Origin: Auanema rhodensis
Lineage: Eukaryota; Animalia; Nematoda
DNA: 64,000 bases
Reading direction: 5' to 3'
Assembly (NCBI GenBank): GCA_964057225.1
Contig: CAXKVF010000076.1
Span: forward strand, 186,001 to 250,000
The notes under the pieces were generated by a model. The model was not told the DNA's origin, made no database searches, and saw only the letters and a program-made list of their open reading frames with translations. Each line of letters opens with the position of its first letter. The stretch's first letter is position 1. Positions 1 to 14,000 of this stretch are shown here, one piece after another. The translations under genes and the position numbers were made by a program.

Positions 1-3000
1 TTGATATTGGTTCATGGTAACCATGACTTTGAAATTTACGTGAACTTTAATTTATGCTAATTAAATGTACACGTGATGTGCACTTGGTATGTAACTCGCT
101 TCACGTGAAAGATAAAGAGATGCGGTTTTCAAAATTAGATTCCCCATGTCCATATTAGTCTAAAAACAAATTTTTATTGATATTGGTGCATGGTAACCAT
201 GACTTTGAAATTTACGTGAACTTTAATTTATGCTAATTAAATGTACACGTGATGTGTACTTGGTATGTAACTCGCTTCACGTGAAAGATAAAGAGATGCG
301 GTTTTCAAAATTAGATTTCCCATGTCCATATTAGTCTAAAAACAAATTTTTATTGATATTGGTTCATGGTAACCATGACTTTGAAATTTACGTGAACTTT
401 AATTTATGCTAATTAAATGTACACGTGATGTGCACTTGGTATGTAACTCGCTTCACGTGAAAGATAAAGAGATGCGGTTTTCAAAATTAGATTCCCCATG
501 TCCATATTAGTCTAAAAACAAATTTTTATTGATATTGGTGCATGGTAACCATGACTTTGAAATTTACGTGAACTTTAATTTATGCTAATTAAATGTACAC
601 GTGATGTGCACTTGATATGTAACTCGCTTCACGTGAAAGATAAAGAGATGCGGTTTTCAAAATTAGATTCCCCATGTCCATATTAGTCTAAAAACAAATT
701 TTTATTGATATTGGTTCATGGTAACCATGACTTTGAAATTTACGTGAACTTTAATTTATGCTAATTAAATGTACACGTGATGTTCACTTGGTATTTAACT
801 CGCTTCACGTAAAAGATAAAGAGATGCGGTTTCCAAAATTAGATTCCCCATGTCCATATTAGTCTAAAAACAAATTTTTATTGATATTGGTGCATGGTAA
901 CCATGACTTTGAATTTTACGTGAACTTTAATTTATGCTAATTAAATGTACACGTGATGTGCACTTGGTATGTAACTCGCTTCAAGTGAAAGATAAAGAGA
1001 TGCGGTTTTCAAAATTAGATTCCCCATGTCCATATTAGTCTAAAAACAAATTTTTATTGATATTGGTGCATGGTAACCATGACTTTGAAATTTACGTGAA
1101 CTTTAATTTATGCTAATTAAATGTACACGTGATGTGCACTTGGTATGTAACTCGCTTCACGTGAAAGATAAAGAGATGCGGTTTTCAAAATTAGATTCCC
1201 CATGTCCATATTAGTCTAAAAACAAATTTTTATTGATATTGCTTCATGGTAACCATGACTTTGAAATTTACGTGAACTTTAATTTATGCTAATTAAATGT
1301 ACACGTGATGTGCACTTGGTATGTAACTCGCTTCACGTGAAAGATAAAGAGATGCGGTTTTCAAAATTAGATTCCCCATGTCCATATTAGTCTAAAAACA
1401 AATTTGTATTGATATTGGTTCATGGTAACCATGACTTTGAAATTTACGTGAACTTTAATTTATGCTAATTAAATGTACACGTGATGTGCACTTGGTATGT
1501 AACTCGCTTCACGTGAAAGATAAAGAGATGCGGTTTTCAAAATTAGATTCCCCATGTCCATATTAGTCTAAAAACAAATTTTTATTGATATTGGTGCATG
1601 GTAACCATGACTTTGAAATTTACGTGAACTTTAATTTATGCTAATTAAATGTACACGTGATGTGTACTTGGTATGTAACTCGCTTCACGTGAAAGATAAA
1701 GAGATGCGGTTTTCAAAATTAGATTCCCCATGTCCATATTAGTCTAAAAACAAATTTTTATTGATATTGGTTCATGGTAACCATGACTTTGAAATTTACG
1801 TGAACTTTAATTTATGCTAATTAAATGTACACGTGATGTGCACTTGGTATGTAACTCGCTTCACGTGAAAGATAAAGAGATGCGGTTTTCAAAATTAGAT
1901 TCCCCATGTCCATATTAGTCTAAAAACAAATTTTTATTGATATTGGTGCATGGTAACCATGACTTTGAAATTTACGTGAACTTTAATTTATGCTAATTAA
2001 ATGTACACGTGATGTGCACTTGGTATGTAACTCGCTTCACGTGAAAGATAAAGAGATGCGGTTTTCAAAATTAGATTCCCCATGTCCATATTAGTCTAAA
2101 AACAAATTTGTATTGATATTGGTTCATGGTAACCATGACTTTGAAATTTACGTGAACTTTAATTTATGCTAATTAAATGTACACGTGATGTGCACTTGGT
2201 ATGTAACTCGCTTCACGTGAAAGATAAAGAGATGCGGTTTTCAAAATTAGATTCCCCATGTCCATATTAGTCTAAAAACAAATTTTTATTGATATTGGTG
2301 CATGGTAACCATGACTTTGAAATTTACGTGAACTTTAATTTATGCTAATTAAATGTACACGTGATGTGTACTTGGTATGTAACTCGCTTCACGTGAAAGA
2401 TAAAGAGATGCGGTTTTCAAAATTAGATTTCCCATGTCCATATTAGTCTAAAAACAAATTTTTATTGATATTGGTTCATGGTAACCATGACTTTGAAATT
2501 TACGTGAACTTTAATTTATGCTAATTAAATGTACACGTGATGTGCACTTGGTATGTAACTCGCTTCACGTGAAAGATAAAGAGATGCGGTTTTCAAAATT
2601 AGATTCCCCATGTCCATATTAGTCTAAAAACAAATTTTTATTGATATTGGTGCATGGTAACCATGACTTTGAAATTTACGTGAACTTTAATTTATGCTAA
2701 TTAAATGTACACGTGATGTGCACTTGATATGTAACTCGCTTCACGTGAAAGATAAAGAGATGCGGTTTTCAAAATTAGATTCCCCATGTCCATATTAGTC
2801 TAAAAACAAATTTTTATTGATATTGGTTCATGGTAACCATGACTTTGAAATTTACGTGAACTTTAATTTATGCTAATTAAATGTACACGTGATGTTCACT
2901 TGGTATTTAACTCGCTTCACGTAAAAGATAAAGAGATGCGGTTTCCAAAATTAGATTCCCCATGTCCATATTAGTCTAAAAACAAATTTTTATTGATATT

Positions 3001-4221
3001 GGTGCATGGTAACCATGACTTTGAATTTTACGTGAACTTTAATTTATGCTAATTAAATGTACACGTGATGTGCACTTGGTATGTAACTCGCTTCAAGTGA
3101 AAGATAAAGAGATGCGGTTTTCAAAATTAGATTCCCCATGTCCATATTAGTCTAAAAACAAATTTTTATTGATATTGGTGCATGGTAACCATGACTTTGA
3201 AATTTACGTGAACTTTAATTTATGCTAATTAAATGTACACGTGATGTGCACTTGGTATGTAACTCGCTTCACGTGAAAGATAAAGAGATGCGGTTTTCAA
3301 AATTAGATTCCCCATGTCCATATTAGTCTAAAAACAAATTTTTATTGATATTGCTTCATGGTAACCATGACTTTGAAATTTACGTGAACTTTAATTTATG
3401 CTAATTAAATGTACACGTGATGTGCACTTGGTATGTAACTCGCTTCACGTGAAAGATAAAGAGATGCGGTTTTCAAAATTAGATTCCCCATGTCCATATT
3501 AGTCTAAAAACAAATTTGTATTGATATTGGTTCATGGTAACCATGACTTTGAAATTTACGTGAACTTTAATTTATGCTAATTAAATGTACACGTGATGTG
3601 CACTTGGTATGTAACTCGCTTCACGTGAAAGATAAAGAGATGCGGTTTTCAAAATTAGATTCCCCATGTCCATATTAGTCTAAAAACAAATTTTTATTGA
3701 TATTGGTGCATGGTAACCATGACTTTGAAATTTACGTGAACTTTAATTTATGCTAATTAAATGTACACGTGATGTGTACTTGGTATGTAACTCGCTTCAC
3801 GTGAAAGATAAAGAGATGCGGTTTTCAAAATTAGATTCCCCATGTCCATATTAGTCTAAAAACAAATTTTTATTGATATTGGTTCATGGTAACCATGACT
3901 TTGAAATTTACGTGAACTTTAATTTATGCTAATTAAATGTACACGTGATGTGCACTTGGTATGTAACTCGCTTCACGTGAAAGATAAAGAGATGCGGTTT
4001 TCAAAATTAGATTCCCCATGTCCATATTAGTCTAAAAACAAATTTTTATTGATATTGGTGCATGGTAACCATGACTTTGAAATTTACGTGAACTTTAATT
4101 TATGCTAATTAAATGTACACGTGATGTGCACTTGGTATGTAACTCGCTTCACGTGAAAGATAAAGAGATGCGGTTTTCAAAATTAGATTCCCCATGTCCA
4201 TATTAGTCTAAAAACAAATTT
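1..4221 (+). repeat. Local higher-order repeat: 12-monomer (2112 bp) tandem duplication
   Basis: Diagnostic variants recur at +2112: AGATTTCCC (monomers at 177/2289), CTTGATAT (529/2641), GTTCAC+GTATTTA+GTAAAAG+TTCCAAA (705/2817), GAATTTT+TCAAGTG (881/2993), GCTTCA (1233/3345). Confidence 0.9.
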
Positions 4222-5029
4222 TTATTGATATTGGTTCATGGTAACCATGACTTTGAAATTTACGTGAACTTTAATTTATGCTAATTAAATGTACACGTGA
4301 TGTTCACTTGGTATGTAACTCGCTTCACGTAAAAGATAAAGAGATGCGGTTTCCAAAATTAGATTCCCCATGTCCATATTAGTCTAAAAACAAATTTTTA
4401 TTGATATTGGTGCATGGTAACCATGACTTTGAATTTTACGTGAACTTTAATTTATGCTAATTAAATGTACACGTGATGTGCACTTGGTATGTAACTCGCT
4501 TCAAGTGAAAGATAAAGAGATGCGGTTTTCAAAATTAGATTCCCCATGTCCATATTAGTCTAAAAACAAATTTTTATTGATATTGGTGCATGGTAACCAT
4601 GACTTTGAAATTTACGTGAACTTTAATTTATGCTAATTAAATGTACACGTGATGTGCACTTGGTATGTAACTCGCTTCACGTGAAAGATAAAGAGATGCG
4701 GTTTTCAAAATTAGATTCCCCATGTCCATATTAGCCTAAAAACAAATAATTATTGATATTGGTGCATGGTAACCATGACTTTGAAATTTACGTGAACTTT
4801 AATTTATGCTAATTAAATGTACACGTGATGTGTACTTGGTATGTAACTCGCTTCACGTGAAAGATAAAGAGATGCGGTTTTCAAAATTAGATTCCCCATG
4901 TCCATATTAGTCTAAAAACAAATTTTTATTGATATTGGTTCATGGTAACCATGACTTTGAAATTTACGTGAACTTTAATTTATGCTAATTAAATGTACAC
5001 GTGATGTGCACTTGGTATGTAACTCGCTT
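1..5029 (+). repeat. 176-bp satellite array, orientation A (~28.6 monomers, runs off the left window edge)
   Basis: TTGATATTGG recurs at 1, 177, 353 ... 881 ... 4577 (period exactly 176). Monomers differ by only a few substitutions. The last match to consensus ends at ...AACTCGCTT 5029. Confidence 0.99.
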
Positions 5030-5048
5030 AATTAATTTTGAAATTTTG
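5030..5048. other. Orientation-switch junction with 19-bp filler AATTAATTTTGAAATTTTG
   Basis: Forward consensus stops at 5029 and reverse-complement consensus (ATTTTGAAAACCGC) starts at 5049. The filler is made of repeated copies of the adjacent TAATTTTGAAA sequence. Confidence 0.93.
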
Positions 5049-8000
5049 ATTTTGAAAACCGCATCTCTTTATCTTTCACGTGAAGCGAGTTACATACCAA
5101 GTGCACATCACGTGTACATTTAATTAGCATAAATTAAAGTTCACGTAAATTTCAAAGTCATGGTTACCATGCACCAATATCAATAAAAATTTGTTTTTAG
5201 ACTAATATGGACATGGGGAATCTAATTTTGAAAACCGCATCTCTTTATCTTTCACTTGAAGCGAGTTACATACCAAGTGCACATCACGTGTACATTTAAT
5301 TAGCATAAATTAAAGTTCACGTAAAATTCAAAGTCATGGTTACCATGCACCAATATCAATAAAAATTTGTTTTTAGACTAATATGGACATGGGGAATCTA
5401 ATTTTGGAAACCGCATCTCTTTATCTTTTACGTGAAGCGAGTTACATACCAAGTGAACATCACGTGTACATTTAATTAGCATAAATTAAAGTTCACGTAA
5501 ATTTCAAAGTCATGGTTACCATGAACCAATATCAATAAAAATTTGTTTTTAGACTAATATGGACATGGGGAATCTAATTTTGAAAACCGCATCTCTTTAT
5601 CTTTCACGTGAAGCGAGTTACATACCAAGTGCACATCACGTGTACATTTAATTAGCATAAATTAAAGTTCACGTAAATTTCAAAGTCATGGTTACCATGC
5701 ACCAATATCAATAAAAATTTGTTTTTAGACTAATATGGACATGGGGAATCTAATTTTGAAAACCGCATCTCTTTATCTTTCACGTGAAGCGAGTTACATA
5801 CCAAGTGCACATCACGTGTACATTTAATTAGCATAAATTAAAGTTCACGTAAATTTCAAAGTCATGGTTACCATGAACCAATATCAATAAAAATTTGTTT
5901 TTAGACTAATATGGACATGGGGAATCTAATTTTGAAAACCGCATCTCTTTATCTTTCACGTGAAGCGAGTTACATACCAAGTACACATCACGTGTACATT
6001 TAATTAGCATAAATTAAAGTTCACGTAAATTTCAAAGTCATGGTTACCATGCACCAATATCAATAAAAATTTGTTTTTAGACTAATATGGACATGGGGAA
6101 TCTAATTTTGAAAACCGCATCTCTTTATCTTTCACGTGAAGCGAGTTACATACCAAGTGCACATCACGTGTACATTTAATTAGCATAAATTAAAGTTCAC
6201 GTAAATTTCAAAGTCATGGTTACCATGAACCAATATCAATACAAATTTGTTTTTAGACTAATATGGACATGGGGAATCTAATTTTGAAAACCGCATCTCT
6301 TTATCTTTCACGTGAAGCGAGTTACATACCAAGTGCACATCACGTGTACATTTAATTAGCATAAATTAAAGTTCACGTAAATTTCAAAGTCATGGTTACC
6401 ATGCACCAATATCAATAAAAATTTGTTTTTAGACTAATATGGACATGGGGAATCTAATTTTGAAAACCGCATCTCTTTATCTTTCACGTGAAGCGAGTTA
6501 CATACCAAGTGCACATCACGTGTACATTTAATTAGCATAAATTAAAGTTCACGTAAATTTCAAAGTCATGGTTACCATGAAGCAATATCAATAAAAATTT
6601 GTTTTTAGACTAATATGGACATGGGGAATCTAATTTTGAAAACCGCATCTCTTTATCTTTCACGTGAAGCGAGTTACATACCAAGTGCACATCACGTGTA
6701 CATTTAATTAGCATAAATTAAAGTTCACGTAAATTTCAAAGTCATGGTTACCATGCACCAATATCAATAAAAATTTGTTTTTAGACTAATATGGACATGG
6801 GGAATCTAATTTTGAAAACCGCATCTCTTTATCTTTCACTTGAAGCGAGTTACATACCAAGTGCACATCACGTGTACATTTAATTAGCATAAATTAAAGT
6901 TCACGTAAAATTCAAAGTCATGGTTACCATGCACCAATATCAATAAAAATTTGTTTTTAGACTAATATGGACATGGGGAATCTAATTTTGGAAACCGCAT
7001 CTCTTTATCTTTTACGTGAAGCGAGTTAAATACCAAGTGAACATCACGTGTACATTTAATTAGCATAAATTAAAGTTCACGTAAATTTCAAAGTCATGGT
7101 TACCATGAACCAATATCAATAAAAATTTGTTTTTAGACTAATATGGACATGGGGAATCTAATTTTGAAAACCGCATCTCTTTATCTTTCACGTGAAGCGA
7201 GTTACATATCAAGTGCACATCACGTGTACATTTAATTAGCATAAATTAAAGTTCACGTAAATTTCAAAGTCATGGTTACCATGCACCAATATCAATAAAA
7301 ATTTGTTTTTAGACTAATATGGACATGGGGAATCTAATTTTGAAAACCGCATCTCTTTATCTTTCACGTGAAGCGAGTTACATACCAAGTGCACATCACG
7401 TGTACATTTAATTAGCATAAATTAAAGTTCACGTAAATTTCAAAGTCATGGTTACCATGAACCAATATCAATAAAAATTTGTTTTTAGACTAATATGGAC
7501 ATGGGAAATCTAATTTTGAAAACCGCATCTCTTTATCTTTCACGTGAAGCGAGTTACATACCAAGTACACATCACGTGTACATTTAATTAGCATAAATTA
7601 AAGTTCACGTAAATTTCAAAGTCATGGTTACCATGCACCAATATCAATAAAAATTTGTTTTTAGACTAATATGGACATGGGGAATCTAATTTTGAAAACC
7701 GCATCTCTTTATCTTTCACGTGAAGCGAGTTACATACCAAGTGCACATCACGTGTACATTTAATTAGCATAAATTAAAGTTCACGTAAATTTCAAAGTCA
7801 TGGTTACCATGAACCAATATCAATACAAATTTGTTTTTAGACTAATATGGACATGGGGAATCTAATTTTGAAAACCGCATCTCTTTATCTTTCACGTGAA
7901 GCGAGTTACATACCAAGTGCACATCACGTGTACATTTAATTAGCATAAATTAAAGTTCACGTAAATTTCAAAGTCATGGTTACCATGCACCAATATCAAT

Positions 8001-11000
8001 AAAAATTTGTTTTTAGACTAATATGGACATGGGGAATCTAATTTTGAAAACCGCATCTCTTTATCTTTCACGTGAAGCGAGTTACATACCAAGTGCACAT
8101 CACGTGTACATTTAATTAGCATAAATTAAAGTTCACGTAAATTTCAAAGTCATGGTTACCATGAACCAATATCAATACAAATTTGTTTTTAGACTAATAT
8201 GGACATGGGGAATCTAATTTTGAAAACCGCATCTCTTTATCTTTCACGTGAAGCGAGTTACATACCAAGTGCACATCACGTGTACATTTAATTAGCATAA
8301 ATTAAAGTTCACGTAAAATTCAAAGTCATGGTTACCATGCACCAATATCAATAAAAATTTGTTTTTAGACTAATATGGACATGGGGAATCTAATTTTGAA
8401 AACCGCATCTCTTTATCTTTCACGTGAAGCGAGTTACATACCAAGTACACATCACGTGTACATTTAATTAGCATAAATTAAAGTTCACGTAAATTTCAAA
8501 GTCATGGTTACCATGCACCAATATCAATAAAAATTTGTTTTTAGACTAATATGGACATGGGGAATCTAATTTTGAAAACCGCATCTCTTTATCTTTCACG
8601 TGAAGCGAGTTACATACCAAGTGCACATCACGTGTACATTTAATTAGCATAAATTAAAGTTCACGTAAATTTCAAAGTCATGGTTACCATGAACCAATAT
8701 CAATACAAATTTGTTTTTAGACTAATATGGACATGGGGAATCTAATTTTGAAAACCGCATCTCTTTATCTTTCACGTGAAGCGAGTTACATACCAAGTGC
8801 ACATCACGTGTACATTTAATTAGCATAAATTAAAGTTCACGTAAATTTCAAAGTCATGGTTACCATGCACCAATATCAATAAAAATTTGTTTTTAGACTA
8901 ATATGGACATGGGGAATCTAATTTTGAAAACCGCATCTCTTTATCTTTCACGTGAAGCGAGTTACATACCAAGTGCACATCACGTGTACATTTAATTAGC
9001 ATAAATTAAAGTTCACGTAAATTTCAAAGTCATGGTTACCATGAAGCAATATCAATAAAAATTTGTTTTTAGACTAATATGGACATGGGGAATCTAATTT
9101 TGAAAACCGCATCTCTTTATCTTTCACGTGAAGCGAGTTACATACCAAGTGCACATCACGTGTACATTTAATTAGCATAAATTAAAGTTCACGTAAATTT
9201 CAAAGTCATGGTTACCATGCACCAATATCAATAAAAATTTGTTTTTAGACTAATATGGACATGGGGAATCTAATTTTGAAAACCGCATCTCTTTATCTTT
9301 CACGTGAAGCGAGTTACATACCAAGTACACATCACGTGTACATTTAATTAGCATAAATTAAAGTTCACGTAAATTTCAAAGTCATGGTTACCATGCACCA
9401 ATATCAATAAAAATTTGTTTTTAGACTAATATGGACATGGGGAATCTAATTTTGAAAACCGCATCTCTTTATCTTTCACGTGAAGCGAGTTACATACCAA
9501 GTGCACATCACGTGTACATTTAATTAGCATAAATTAAAGTTCACGTAAATTTCAAAGTCATGGTTACCATGAACCAATATCAATACAAATTTGTTTTTAG
9601 ACTAATATGGACATGGGGAATCTAATTTTGAAAACCGCATCTCTTTATCTTTCACGTGAAGCGAGTTACATACCAAGTGCACATCACGTGTACATTTAAT
9701 TAGCATAAATTAAAGTTCACGTAAATTTCAAAGTCATGGTTACCATGCACCAATATCAATAAAAATTTGTTTTTAGACTAATATGGACATGGGGAATCTA
9801 ATTTTGAACACCGCATCTCTTTATCTTTCACGTGAAGCGAGTTACATACCAAGTGCACATCACGTGTACATTTAATTAGCATAAATTAAAGTTCACGTAA
9901 ATTTCAAAGTCATGGTTACCATGAAGCAATATCAATAAAAATTTGTTTTTAGACTAATATGGACATGGGGAATCTAATTTTGAAAACCGCATCTCTTTAT
10001 CTTTCACGTGAAGCGAGTTACATACCAAGTGCACATCACGTGTACATTTAATTAGCATAAATTAAAGTTCACGTAAATTTCAAAGTCATGGTTACCATGC
10101 ACCAATATCAATAAAAATTTGTTTTTAGACTAATATAGACATGGGGAATCTAATTTTGAAAACCGCATCTCTTTATCTTTCACTTGAAGCGAGTTACATA
10201 CCAAGTGCACATCACGTGTACATTTAATTAGCATAAATTAAAGTTCACGTAAAATTCAAAGTCATGGTTACCATGCACCAATATCAATAAAAATTTGTTT
10301 TTAGACTAATATGGACATGGGGAATCTAATTTTGGAAACCGCATCTCTTTATCTTTTACGTGAAGCGAGTTACATACCAAGTGAACATCACGTGTACATT
10401 TAATTAGCATAAATTAAAGTTCACGTAAATTTCAAAGTCATGGTTACCATGAACCAATATCAATAAAAATTTGTTTTAAGACTAATATGGACATGGGGAA
10501 TCTAATTTTGAAAACCGCATCTCTTTATCTTTCACGTGAAGCGAGTTACATACCAAGTGCACATCACGTGTACATTTAATTAGCATAAATTAAAGTTCAC
10601 GTAAATTTCAAAGTCATGGTTACCATGCACCAATATCAATAAAAATTTGTTTTTAGACTAATATGGACATGGGGAATCTAATTTTGAAAACCGCATCTCT
10701 TTATCTTTCACGTGAAGCGAGTTACATACCAAGTGCACATCACGTGTACATTTAATTAGCATAAATTAAAGTTCACGTAAATTTCAAAGTCATGGTTACC
10801 ATGAACCAATATCAATAAAAATTTGTTTTTAGACTAATATGGACATGGGGAATCTAATTTTGAAAACCGCATCTCTTTATCTTTCACGTGAAGCGAGTTA
10901 CATACCAAGTGCACATCACGTGTACATTTAATTAGCATAAATTAAAGTTCACGTAAATTTCAAAGTCATGGTTACCATGAAGCAATATCAATAAAAATTT

Positions 11001-14000
11001 GTTTTTAGACTAATATGGACATGGGGAATCTAATTTTGAAAACCGCATCTCTTTATCTTTCACGTGAAGCGAGTTACATACCAAGTGCACATCACGTGTA
11101 CATTTAATTAGCATAAATTAAAGTTCACGTAAATTTCAAAGTCATGGTTACCATGCACCAATATCAATAAAAATTTGTTTTTAGACTAATATGGACATGG
11201 GGAATCTAATTTTGAAAACCGCATCTCTTTATCTTTCACGTGAAGCGAGTTACATACCAAGTGCACATCACGTGTACATTTAATTAGCATAAATTAAAGT
11301 TCACGTAAATTTCAAAGTCATGGTTACCATGCACCAATATCAATAAAAATTTGTTTTTAGACTAATATGGACATGGGGAATCTAATTGTGAAAACCGCAT
11401 CTCTTTATCTTTCACTTGAAGCGAGTTACATACCAAGTGCACATCACGTATACATTTAATTAGCATAAATTAAAGTTCACGTAAATTTCAAAGTCATGGT
11501 TACCATGCACCAATATCAATAAAAATTTGTTTTTAGACTAATATGGACATGGGGAATCTAATTTTGAAAACCGCATCTCTTTATCTTTCACTTGAAGCGA
11601 GTTACATACCAAGTGCACATCACGTGTACATTTAATTAGCATAAATTAAAGTTCACGTAAAATTCAAAGTCATGGTTACCATGCACCAATATCAATAAAA
11701 ATTTGTTTTTAGACTAATATGGACATGGGGAATCTAATTTTGGAAACCGCATCTCTTTATCTTTTACGTGAAGCGAGTTACATACCAAGTGAACATCACG
11801 TGTACATTTAATTAGCATAAATTAAAGTTCACGTAAATTTCAAAGTCATGGTTACCATGAACCAATATCAATAAAAATTTGTTTTTAGACTAATATGGAC
11901 ATGGGGAATCTAATTTTGAAAACCGCATCTCTTTATCTTTCACGTGAAGCGAGTTACATACCAAGTGCACATCACGTGTACATTTAATTAGCATAAATTA
12001 AAGTTCACGTAAATTTCAAAGTCATGGTTACCATGCACCAATATCAATAAAAATTTGTTTTTAGACTAATATCGACATGGGGAATCTAATTTTGAAAACC
12101 GCATCTCTTTATCTTTCACGTGAAGCGAGTTACATACCAAGTGCACATCACGTGTACATTTAATTAGCATAAATTAAAGTTCACGTAAATTTCAAAGTCA
12201 TGGTTACCATGAACCAATATCAATAAAAATTTGTTTTTAGACTAATATGGACATGGGAAATCTAATTTTGAAAACCGCATCTCTTTATCTTTCACGTGAA
12301 GCGAGTTACATACCAAGTACACATCACGTGTACATTTAATTAGCATAAATTAAAGTTCACGTAAATTTCAAAGTCATGGTTACCATGCACCAATATCAAT
12401 AAAAATTTGTTTTTAGACTAATATGGACATGGGGAATCTAATTTTGAAAACCGCATCTCTTTATCTTTCACGTGAAGCGAGTTACATACCAAGTGCACAT
12501 CACGTGTACATTTAATTAGCATAAATTAAAGTTCACGTAAATTTCAAAGTCATGGTTACCATGAACCAATATCAATACAAATTTGTTTTTAGACTAATAT
12601 GGACATGGGGAATCTAATTTTGAAAACCGCATCTCTTTATCTTTCACGTGAAGCGAGTTACATACCAAGCGCACATCACGTGTACATTTAATTAGCATAA
12701 ATTAAAGTTCACGTAAATTTCAAAGTCATGGTTACCATGCACCAATATCAATAAAAATTTGTTTTTAGACTAATATGGACATGGGGAATCTAATTTTGAA
12801 AACCGCATCTCTTTATCTTTCACGTGAAGCGAGTTACATACCAAGTGCACATCACGTGTACATTTAATTAGCATAAATTAAAGTTCACGTAAATTTCAAA
12901 GTCATGGTTACCATGAAGCAATATCAATAAAAATTTGTTTTTAGACTAATATGGACATGGGGAATCTAATTTTGAAAACCGCATCTCTTTATCTTTCACG
13001 TGAAGCGAGTTACATACCAAGTGCACATCACGTGTACATTTAATTAGCATAAATTAAAGTTCACGTAAATTTCAAAGTCATGGTTACCATGCACCAATAT
13101 CAATAAAAATTTGTTTTTAGACTAATATGGACATGGGGAATCTAATTTTGAAAACCGCATCTCTTTATCTTTCACGTGAAGCGAGTTACATACCAAGTAC
13201 ACATCACGTGTACATTTAATTAGCATAAATTAAAGTTCACGAAAATTTCAAAGTCATGGTTACCATGCACCAATATCAATAAAAATTTGTTTTTAGACTA
13301 ATATGGACATGGGGAATCTAATTTTGAAAACCGCATCTCTTTATCTTTCACGTGAAGCGAGTTACATACCAAGTGCACATCACGTGTACATTTAATTAGC
13401 ATAAATTAAAGTTCACGTAAATTTCAAAGTCATGGTTACCATGAACCAATATCAATACAAATTTGTTTTTAGACTAATATGGACATGGGGAATCTAATTT
13501 TGAAAACCGCATCTCTTTATCTTTCACGTGAAGCGAGTTACATACCAAGTGCACATCACGTGTACATTTAATTAGCATAAATTAAAGTTCACGTAAATTT
13601 CAAAGTCATGGTTACCATGCACCAATATCAATAAAAATTTGTTTTTAGACTAATATGGACATGGGGAATCTAATTTTGAAAACCGCATCTCTTTATCTTT
13701 CACGTGAAGCGAGTTACATACCAAGTGCACATCACGTGTACATTTAATTAGCATAAATTAAAGTTCACGTAAATTTCAAAGTCATGGTTACCATGAAGCA
13801 ATATCAATAAAAATTTGTTTTTAGACTAATATGGACATGGGGAATCTAATTTTGAAAACCGCATCTCTTTATCTTTCACGTGAAGCGAGTTACATACCAA
13901 GTGCACATCACGTGTACATTTAATTAGCATAAATTAAAGTTCACGTAAATTTCAAAGTCATGGTTACCATGCACCAATATCAATAAAAATTTGTTTTTAG

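Noticed and set aside
1-176. Identification as a known plant 176-178 bp centromeric satellite (CentBr/CEN178) or as a tRNA/5S/SL RNA gene array
   Set aside because: Only the length is similar. I recognise no sequence match and see no RNA-gene hallmarks. A database search is needed.
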